NCBI GenBank assembly: GCA_000934665.2
Contig: JYFJ02004324.1
Span: 1 to 33,084 of the forward strand
DNA: 33,084 nucleotides
From: Catajapyx aquilonaris
Taxonomy: Eukaryota
Direction: 5' to 3'
Shown: positions 23,979 to 33,084 of the stretch, in pieces
Numbering within the stretch: the stretch's first letter is position 1
How the letters are laid out: the number at the start of each line of letters is the position of its first letter
Made by a program: the position numbers and the translations under genes
Notes under the pieces: generated by a model
What the model saw: only the letters and a program-made list of their open reading frames with translations
The model's database searches: none
Told to the model about the DNA's origin: nothing

Positions 23979-24622
23979 AGGAGGAGGCACAAAATATATG
24001 GGCGAGTGGCCTTCCGTTCGATTTGCCTGAAAATAGGATATGTTGCAGCCCAGACCATCCTGATCAATGTTAGATAGGGACATTTCGAGGTAGGACCTAC
24101 AGGAGCATGCTAATGACCTCCGAAGGTAATAGGGGGAGTAGTAGACTATACAATAAGTCTCAGGAACTCAATGGTTATTGCATTAAATTATCTATTAATC
24201 TTTATTACCTATTCATCTGGTTCAAATTCTACTCCTTGAAGGTTGTCATCTGGAGTTTCCTCCAGCTGCACTTCAACATTCATTGGGTCAATGTAAGGAA
24301 GCGAGGTTTCTCTCACAGCAGTCTTCTAGCCTCTTCGATGAATAGCAATTAGCATGCTCCCTGTAGGTCCTACCTCGAAATGTCCCTATCCAACATTGAT
24401 CAGGATGGTCTGGGCTGCAACATATCCAATTTTCAGCCAAATCGAACGGAAAACCAGATCATATCCCATATGACCTTCGGAGGTCAATAGCACGCTTCCT
24501 GTACGTCCTACCTCGAAATGTCCCTATGTAACATTGATCAGGATGGTCTGGGCTACAACATATCCTATTTTCAGGCAAATCAAACGGAAGGCCACTCGCC
24601 CATATATTTTGTGCCTCCTCCT
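23979..24622. mobile_element. Fold-back element with duplicated right arm (Kolobok-like ends)
   Basis: ataa|AGGAGGAGGCACAAAATATATGGGCG ... CGCCCATATATTTTGTGCCTCCTCCT|ttta; left arm matched by 24350-24452 and 24470-24622. Confidence 0.8.
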
Positions 24623-25285
24623 TTTATAGCAATGGTAGATGATGCCCAATTTTTAACCTTACGACGGTGACGTACGAAAAGTTCTCCCTCCGGTGATGTG
24701 GGCAATTTTTGTGACCGTGTCACATTTTCAGTTATAACAAGCGGTGAAGGGAAACTCGCGGACAATGCCTAGGTAAACTTATAGTACTTGCAAAACTAAT
24801 TGCAGTTGGTAAAAGGTTGGAAACCACTGCACTACACAGTCCGATGTTGAACTCGATTGCGCATCTACTGGCCAAACGGTTGATCACAGGAAATCAAAAA
24901 ATTGTTCATTTGACTCAGCTCATGAAACTATACAACATATGTGAAATGAGCCCGATATAAACCACTTGAAATTTCGACTTTGAGCTCCTCTAGCGGTCAA
25001 ACTGCATGGTAGATTTTCTTCGTCCTTCAGAACAATTGGCCTTAAGGTTAAGGTCTATCAACTGACCAAGTCTCATCGAAATCCATCTGGCTCAACTTTT
25101 CCTTTAAGAACTTCACCATGTCCTTTGGGCCATAATTACCATTCCTTTTCATTTGTAAAAATAAGCATTTCTGCACTTTCTGATAATATCTTCCCATTGC
25201 CCTTGGTATTTCAAAAAAGTTGTAAATCCACAATATTTTTACCCTTTATATGCTGATCGTCACTTTTTTGCTATGATATCTTTGC

Positions 25286-25712
25286 TTTTTAGACTTTTTC
25301 TCAACATCAAAAAAGAGTATTATAGAATGGCTCTGTCTGTCCGTCCATCCGTCTGTCTGTGGACAGGTATCAGGGCCTAAACCACAAGAGTGACAAACGG
25401 TTTTCGGATTCGGATTAAGTGCGACCTAAATAGGTTTCATGGTCAACTTCCGGGGACCCGCCACTTCCAGTTTTCCGGGTTCACTTTATCGGCACGAATT
25501 TACTTTATGTGTGGGTTATCGTTGGATTTCGAAATTAGTTTCTGTGGATTCCTGACCATATGTGTTGGGGATTTAGCCAGGGTCTTATCTGACACTCTCG
25601 CATAGGGGTTGTGGCATTAATTCCTGACATTGGACATGTTTGCGATGCGCGTCCTCGGCCGCCATGAGAAAAAGTCTACTATAATCACGCTCATGTGATT
25701 TGCCAATCTTGT
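25286..25712 (+). mobile_element. Helentron-associated non-autonomous element (DINE-1/HINE-like)
   Basis: Subterminal IRs AGACTTTTTCTC / GAGAAAAAGTCT, (GTCY)n tract, 3' stem-loop AATCAC-GCTCAT-GTGATT, T-rich flanks. Confidence 0.8.
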
Positions 25713-26082
25713 TTTTATTCACACAACTGTACAATTCACCACTGCCACAAAAAAAATCTTCATACCTAGAGCAAGGAAGTAGTCCTACAAATTCCCTAGC
25801 TATTTTTTTAACATTATTTTCTTAATTGTGCCCTAAATACAGTGTTACTGTTAGTAATGGAAGTATACCCATTATGTAACTTTTTCTTGAAATGCAGTAA
25901 TTCCACTGCATTTCTGACCCACAAAACAGAAACCTGTTCAATATGGGAAATTTAAGTGGAGAGGTGCAACGCTGCTACAGACAGGTTTTACTACTTGATA
26001 TTCTTTCAGAACACAAACCCATGCAGTGGTGGTGCACGTGTGACCAGGACTTTGGGAAACACTTGACAAAATACTGCTTTAG

Positions 26083-26280
<198 letters not shown>

Positions 26281-26526
26281 TGATTCTTGTGGCCTCCTGG
26301 TAAGGTGCGAGACTTTAGGTAGATATGGGCCTGCAGGCCTCACCAAGCAACTTGGACAGGGCCCAGGAATAATGGCATTATTTGGAACATTTTCAAGTTA
26401 GTTGTGCGGATCAGGAGGATAGAGGGAGCCTGTGGAATTGGGCAAATTCCCACCCCTGTGTGAGGAACAAGGGACAATTGGGAGTCAGAATTACGTGCCA
26501 GGGGGATGCTCGAGGACAGTTTAGAG

Positions 26527-26778
26527 CAGTGCTTCCCAATCTTGTTTGTTGGGGGCACCAAAAAAATTGTCTCTTGAAATTCGCGACCCCCCCGAGGTGC
26601 ACATTTTTATCCCCCAACATGAAAAGACAGGTAAACAGTGAAATTAAAATCATTGAAAACTATTGGCGAGTGTCTTGAGTTGTCCTGGCATAATTTTTCA
26701 GTGAGCTAGATAAAAGAATCATTTTGGGAAAATACTTCTTTTTACCCTTCCTCATGACTGACGGTTTGGGAAGCACTG
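26527..26778. mobile_element. hAT (Buster/Charlie-like) MITE
   Basis: CAGTGCTTCCCAA / TTGGGAAGCACTG; perfect 8-bp TSD gtttagag. Confidence 0.92.
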
Positions 26779-27671
26779 GTTTAGAGTGAGCATGGTAGTA
26801 ATTTATTTGCCTGAACTCTAATAGCAGGATCTCTGCTTCGCCATGGAAACCAAGATGATTGGAACGGGGCAGGGAGATATAGCTATCAGTGTGGTGCTTA
26901 CAGTGAATTTACATGTTGTCAGACTGCAAGAAGCTTAAGACTTTTCCCACCTGGAATCCCAATAAGATTATGAATCTGCAATACCACTTCTGTAGTTTAG
27001 GGGATGGCATCACATTTATTGGGATTTGCAGTTGGAGGGTCTGCAAGTCCAGGAGAATTCAGTCCTTAACCAATCAGTAGAAGTAACCTTAATTTGACGG
27101 GTGCCATTTCATATCTTTTGCAAAGGAATTCCAGGATTTTGTTTTTCTCTTACCAGCACAATTTTTAGTCGAAGTTGTTCATAATAATGTGAGATGAAAA
27201 AGTGAAATTTAGTTTTGTTCTATAGATTCGGGTAGTGTGAAAATCTGTATACCATTAAAATTCTTGATTTTTTGTGTGGTGCTTCCGATTGTCCAGTGAC
27301 CACATAAAGGGAGGAGCAAAGATGCGTGCAGGGCAGTGCCTCTGGTGGGTGGGAGGAGGTGCTATTCATTTGCTTGCTGTCAGTGGAAGGGAAACTGCAC
27401 TTTCACTAGATCCCCTCATCGCATAACAACAGCCACAGGCCTAGAAAAATGCAAGCAAAGGGAGTGTTTTTCTGTCTCAAAAAAATCAGCCTCTATCTAC
27501 AAGGGTTAGTCGGAAAGTAAGTTTCGCGATGCTACAGTTACGATTCCATGCGATGGATCGGGTCAAAACGAGCATGAACAGGTACTATCAGGTTCAATTA
27601 GTTCTGGCCACTTTATCCTGGTCTTGAAGCTACCGTTTGCACAGGCCCCACGGTGTACCTCTCTTCACTAA

Positions 27672-27977
27672 GCTGTGGGACCGGAAGTAGTTGTTTTTAT
27701 TGTAACTGTCGGGACTTGCACTCATCTGTGGGGACATTTTCCCCAGTTGCGGGGACGTTTACGGTCCCCACAAGAAAATTGCGGGTTTGCTTTCAAATAG
27801 TGGGGACAAGTCCCCACTATTTCCAGTTGCAGGGTTTTAGAAAAGTCCATTTTTTCTCAGCCTAGGTTACGTAGGGTAGATTAGGATAAGTAGGTTAGGG
27901 TAGGGTAGGGTAGGTAAGGGTAGGGTAGGTTAGGTTACACTAGCTTTGAAAAGTTGTCTTTTCCACGTCCCCACACC
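27672..27977. mobile_element. TIR element with GGGGAC repeats and a (TAGGG/TTAGG)n tract
   Basis: taa|GCTGTGGGAC ... GTCCCCACACC|taa; tract at 27863-27935. Confidence 0.5.
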
Positions 27978-27988
27978 TAATAGGCCAA

Positions 27989-28330
27989 TTTATTTATTTA
28001 CCCCGTGATAACCCGATTAGGCTTTCTAGGGGGGTGGATTACCACCATTTAGAATAATTTGTCAATTTTTCTTCAGTCAACGAGCAAGGAATTCGGGAAA
28101 TGGGGTAGGGATAGGGATTGTTGGGGAGGGGACATTTTGGCAGGTGCAATGTCTTAAACGTTTGGGCCATGTGCAGTCCCCCAGAGGTTAGGTTGCCAGA
28201 CACCTCCTAGGTGCAGGTGTCAAGAGACCCTCCCGACGCAGGTGAAAGGGAATTCCCAGGCGGGGATCGAACCTGGGACCTTTCACTCAGCAAGCCGAGA
28301 CGTTACCATCTCGGCCACCACACCTCCCCG
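27989..28330 (-). mobile_element. tRNA-derived SINE with (AAAT)n tail, related to 15405-15757
   Basis: Minus strand: A box TGGCCGAGATGG, B box GGTTCGATCCC, GACATTGCAC core, GGGGTAAATAAATAAAT end; TSD aggccaa. Confidence 0.87.
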
Positions 28331-28915
28331 AGGCCAACTGAATATTTCAATACACCCTGCCACAAGGCACCACGAAAAACAAAATAAGACAAACCTTTAC
28401 TGTAGTGTGTTTGGACTCAAGAATCGTTGCTGCAATGTGGTAATGTTAAGTTGGTGTTGTTATTTTTCCATTTTTCAACATTTTTTGATGAATAATTTTC
28501 ACATAGCTACTGTAATTTTCAAACCGGTGTTAATGTGAAATGATGTAAATGAAGCGGGATAAAACAAGTACTTCCTGTACAGTATAGATTCTGGACTAGG
28601 AGTGATTAATCTATCATCTTTTCTCCTTCCCCCCCTCTCAAGTCATCAACTTGGGCAGAGATACACCCTGTAGAGCAGGTCCATTAAAAGAAGAACATTG
28701 AAATGCAATCATTAACATTAACAGCATTTTCCCATTGTATCACTACATCTGTTTTATTGCAACTGTTCCAGACACAATTTGTGCCTTATTAGGTCATTTT
28801 ACTTGGGGATGAAAAGTTCTGCATGCCTGAATATCATGGGTTATCCTAAACATTTTTAGGCTCCTGTCCTGCTCCCTCTCTTGATGGCAGAAATCCCCCA
28901 CTGCCAATCACTTAA

Positions 28916-29401
28916 GGGGAGATCAAGAGAATTGGTACCTTCTTCGAGTTCCATCTCTGGCCAAAAGAGGAGACACTCGATGCCACCCTCCCTACACAGA
29001 AGAAGGGCCGCGTTGCAGTTGACCATTACCTCTAGTCACAATAAAAACAGTGAAAATTATGGTTCTCCCAACTGCTAGTAGTTCTCAAATCAGTCAAATT
29101 TTGACAAAATTATTATTTGCCGAGAGGTTATAGCTAAACATAAACATCGGCTTCATTGGTCAGGAGCACCAATTTTTTGCGCGTTTTTGGGTGCTTGTTA
29201 CGACATCACGTACAATTTCACGACTGTGTTAATTACTCCCGCATGCAAATTACTTTTAAAAATACTATATTCATGATATGGGGAAAGTACCACCAACATG
29301 TGTAAGAGAGAGGTCAGTTGCACTTAAGAGAAAAAATTTCGGTTCAGGTGTTGTTAGTTAGCGAGAATTTTACTTCCAAATTCTCTTTATCCCCCCCCCC
29401 C
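28916..29401. mobile_element. Kolobok-like non-autonomous element
   Basis: TTAA|GGGGAGATCAAGAGAATTGG ... CCAAATTCTCTTTATCCCC|TTAA. Confidence 0.6.
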
Positions 29402-29480
29402 TTAACCTAGCCCTGTCATACTATTTTGTCTCTTCTGATGCACATTCTTCCTAAATTTCAACATGTCACAATCTGTATGA

Positions 29481-29968
29481 CAGCGGTTCTCAAACTGGGG
29501 TGCGCCCCCCTGGGGGGGCGCGAAGGGGTGGCAGGGGTGGCGCGGGGCGAATCCAAAAATTATGTGACTCGAAACAGGACAAAAGTCGCACTGATTAGGT
29601 AAGAACTACTTCTCAGGGCTTACTGTAGCATGCAGTTCTGCACAGTTCATGCAGTTCTAAAAGCCAATGTGCAGTCCTGAATAAGGATCTGTACAGTCAG
29701 ATAGTAGCAGACAAGTCTGTTATATCCGGATTCAACGGCGCTTGGACATTGGCACTGCTGGAAATATGAAGGGACCGATCTTTCTACTTGCTTATATCCG
29801 ATGTGCTTACAGTATAGGAGGATTCCACTGTACTTTGTCAGTTATTACATTCAGCTAAGACTGTGTGACCTTGAACAAAAAAAAAAAATCGTGGTCTTGT
29901 TCGGTTTGGGGGGAGATCTGAAATTACTTTCTAGGGGGGCCCGATGTGGCAAAGTTTGAGAACCGCTG
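29481..29968. mobile_element. hAT-like MITE containing Tigger-like fragments (about 29694-29830)
   Basis: Perfect 16-bp TIRs CAGCGGTTCTCAAACT / AGTTTGAGAACCGCTG; flanks ctgtatga / tatga. Confidence 0.85.
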
Positions 29969-30052
29969 TATGAACTAACATTTTAAGTATAACTCAGATG
30001 TGGTTGTGAGACTGCTGAACTTGTATTCATGGTGCTGTTTTGTGTCTTCCAG

Positions 30053-30165
30053 AAAGAGTTCAAGAATCTGAAGAATCTCGATTTGTTCTATAATGAAGTG
30101 ACGTCGATTGATAACTACCGGGACAAAGTGTTCAACCTCATTCCCAGCCTCAAGTACCTAGATGG
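30053..30165 (+). CDS. ANP32A: ANP32 coding exon 4 (KEFKNLKNLDLFYNEVTSIDNYRDKVFNLIPSLKYLDG)
   Basis: Acceptor gtcttccag; 113 nt; donor GG|GTATGT; LRRcap motif YRxxVFxxxPxLxYLD. Confidence 0.97.
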
Positions 30166-30253
30166 GTATGTAATGACAAACATGGTGGACTAGTTGCTTG
30201 AATATTAAAATCCTGCTGTTCTGTGTTAATATGCTTTGCTGCTGTTTCTCCAG

Positions 30254-30366
30254 GTACGATCGTGATGATAAGGAAGCTGAAGATAGCGAAGTGGAAGAGG
30301 ATGAGATAAATGGGAATGATGATGAGAGTGAGGAGGAGGCCGAGGCGGAAGCAGAGCATGATCAAG
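30254..30366 (+). CDS. ANP32A: ANP32 coding exon 5 (YDRDDKEAEDSEVEEDEINGNDDESEEEAEAEAEHDQ)
   Basis: Acceptor tttctccag after an 88-nt intron; phase matches exon 4; donor AAG|GTACAC. Confidence 0.93.
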
Positions 30367-30602
30367 GTACACTTCCAGACAGTTTGAGATGTGGCCCCAC
30401 ACGTTTACAAAATTTCACTGCCTTTGAACAATACAGTTGTGGTTGTCCCTGTAATGCAATAGCAAAGCATTCTCTCTTTCATGTTGTATATTCAACATAT
30501 GGCTGGAACCAAGCACCACTCACCTTTCATAATGCATAATGACAAGAGCAGTTGGGAGATTGATGAATAGTTACTCATTTTACTGCACCATTGACTTTGC
30601 AG

Positions 30603-30712
30603 ATGAGGAGGAAGATGGAGAGGAATTTGATGATGAAGAAGAGGAGGAGGAGGAAATAGATGAAGAGGGAGATGAAGTGGGGCTAGAAGCCATATACAAA
30701 GATAACCTGGAA
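30603..30712 (+). CDS. ANP32A: ANP32 coding exon 6, acidic low-complexity region (DEEEDGEEFDDEEEEEEEIDEEGDEVGLEAIYKDNLE)
   Basis: Acceptor gactttgcag; phase matches exon 5; probable donor GAA|GTTAGT. Confidence 0.88.
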
Positions 30713-30811
30713 GTTAGTGTTCAATTATAAGTTAACATAAGTGCAATTATAATTTATTACAGTTTCATTAACTATAACATGTGCCACATACCCACATCTG
30801 TATGGCAGAAA

Positions 30812-31384
30812 CAACGAGATATAAATAGGATAGAGGCCGTAAAGGTCGGCCATCTTTGGCGGCCATGCCACTTCACGGCAAGAACACGCGCGAATTTGAA
30901 TTTGCTGTATTTCTAACCCTGTTCTCCTCTGTGTACACTCCTGCCTCCTGGCGGGGCTGGGAATAAATCGTGGGCTGAGAATCATCTTCGGTTAACTCCA
31001 CTTTTTAATTTTTTTCAGGAGAGTCATTTACATATTCAGAACTGAATAATTCTGTCACTTGTGGACTTGAACGAAACTGTTTCCAACTCTCAGAAGGTTT
31101 ATGATGCCATTATTACAACCTACGTTGGGTGGATATAAACGAACATAACACATCCAATGTCAATCTGCTGTTGGCTCGATTGCATTGAAAAATGGAGATA
31201 ACCGAAGATGATTCTCAGCCCGCGAAATGGTGACTTTCACCAGACTGCCTTTCATTCCCAGCCCCACCAGGAGGCAGGAGTGTACACAGAGGAGAACAGG
31301 CTTAGAAATACGACAATTTCAAAGTTCTTGCTGTGAAGTGTCATGGCCGACTTTTACGGCCTCTATCCTATTTATATCTCGTTG
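30812..31384. mobile_element. P-element-like MITE with long inverted arms
   Basis: CAACGAGATATAAATAGGATAGAGGCCG ... CGGCCTCTATCCTATTTATATCTCGTTG; arms about 190 bp; 8-bp TSD ggcagaaa/tgcagaaa. Confidence 0.85.
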
Positions 31385-32798
31385 TGCAGAAATGACATGT
31401 ATACTGGCAAGTCCTGTTGGCATCCTTGACGTGGAAGGGTGGAAGGTGGAAGAAAGGGGGGGAGAGATATGGAAGCCTTTTCATATTCTGACTTATTAAA
31501 ACTTGGTGCAGGGAAGTCCACAACATTTCCACCAATATATGGCCTGTGTATTTGGATATGGAAAACCTCAGCTCTAGAATACTGAAATCCATGGTCTCTT
31601 GAAGTCCTTTATATCCAGAGTTAACTGTAATCATAGGATACCCAGTGATAGGTCTGCTGTGTTATATTAGGGTATAATTTGATTAACATTATATTTTATT
31701 GAATGAAATTGACTGTTGATGATTTTATGTTCTGAGAGGAATGGGAAAACCCCCCGAAGAAAACCTATGTGAGCACGATATCCTGAAAACTTGCCGCCGG
31801 TCAATTCGCTTCTGTCAAATTGGCTGCGGTCACAGTTGCTAGATCAAAAGGCTATGGCTGTAAGGTTTTTGCAGAATATAAATGAGAGTACAGAAATACA
31901 ACACAGTGTTTATAACCCCTTCGCTACCAGATAGGCCCGAACCACATAGATTTTGGATTTCGCCTACTCCGAAGATATGAACAAGATATTTTACCAATAA
32001 TAACAGCCATACTTACCAGATCTGGGAAAACACTACGAATGTGTCTGGAAAAATTTTACTCGTCTAGAAGTCCCTCAATTACTTTCCAAAAACAAGGCTA
32101 TAAAAACTCTAAATTGGAGTACTGCTGGCCAACTTTTAGGCTGATTTAATTAGGAAATGCGTGAAAATATGCGGAATAACAACCTTGAGAACCATGCCAT
32201 ACGAATTTGCTGAAATCATTGTACTTTGCGAGAAATAAAGTAATACTTATTTGCGGCTTTCTGGCACTTCGGAAAACTCCAATTTGGGAGTTTTCGGAAG
32301 TGTCAAAAGCCGTAAATAAGTAATAATTTGCCCACCAGATTTCAACACTACTCTCCGACAAGGAAAGTAAAAAATATGCCTATATTTCCCCATTGACATC
32401 ATTCATAAGTTTCATAAGTATTACAAACAATCTCATAACACTAATCAATATTCGAGAATTAATTACTAATCATATTCAGAACATGAAGGTGCAGCCATTA
32501 TTTCCTGAGTTAAAATTCAAACACCTGTATCTTAAAAAGCTGAAGCAATACTGAGCAGAACTTGCATCATTTGCTGTGACTCGACTGAAGCACACTTGAC
32601 TTTAGTAGCAGAAGAACTAGTGCAAAAAAATTAAATGTAACAACTGTGCAGGTGTCCCCTATAGGGATGCTCGGATATCTGGGTTAAGCAGTGGTTCTTG
32701 TTGAAGACCCTGCATATGCTGGCATTCATGTACTGATTGTAAATGTCTAATATCATTTGGTTTTTAATGCATTACTCCTTAACATACAACAAATTATA

Positions 32799-33084
32799 CA
32801 GGGTGTTTCAGAGTCACGGGTCAAGTGCGTGCGAGGGGGTGGGGAAAAAATCGTAGGTGGCGACAACCCCGGTCGGTTTTATAAAACAATTAGAAATACG
32901 GGAGTAATCAATTATTTTATTACTCCGTGACGTCACATCCTTTCTGTCCGAATTGACTTGCGCGGACTGGCAAGTGCCGTGGGTTGAACCTGGTTGAACG
33001 GCTTTTTAGCCTTGCGGGTTGCACTGAAAAAGGCGCTCTCCTGCTATACCGGCAGGGTACTGTACACACTACTGTACAGTAGTA
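32799..33084. mobile_element. Left end of a Tc1/mariner-like element
   Basis: TA|CAGGGTGTTTCA start; matching right TIR not seen in the window. Confidence 0.4.

Noticed and set aside
29473..29973. Apparent 5-bp TSD (tatga) suggesting an unusual hAT5-type element
   Set aside because: The left flank ctgTAtga fits the 8-bp NNNTANNN pattern of the other hAT MITEs here. The right junction is explained by loss of one of two adjacent CTG triplets.

Overview
Eukaryotic genomic DNA, most likely from an insect or other arthropod (inferred from the protein sequence, tRNA-SINE types and TTAGG-like tracts). The only gene I can support is an ANP32/Mapmodulin orthologue on the + strand. Six coding exons (10550-10597, 22699-22842, 26125-26244, 30053-30165, 30254-30366, 30603-30712) splice GT-AG in frame to give 216 aa of LRR domain, LRRcap and acidic tail. 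No stop codon is reached, so the 3' end is probably beyond the window. The supplied ORF track misses most of this gene, and almost all listed ORFs are spurious. The upstream region and large introns are packed with non-autonomous mobile elements: Tc1/mariner/pogo-, hAT-, PIF/Harbinger-, CACTA-, P-, piggyBac-, Kolobok- and Sola-like MITEs, a Helitron, a Helentron/DINE-like element, three tRNA-derived SINEs, a 5'-truncated LINE, a decayed mariner and a probable solo LTR. The most striking structure is the number of near-complete fold-back palindromes, up to about 1.33 kb. Superfamily calls rest on terminal motifs and target-site duplications (TSDs) read by eye, with no database search. I found no convincing new protein-coding system.
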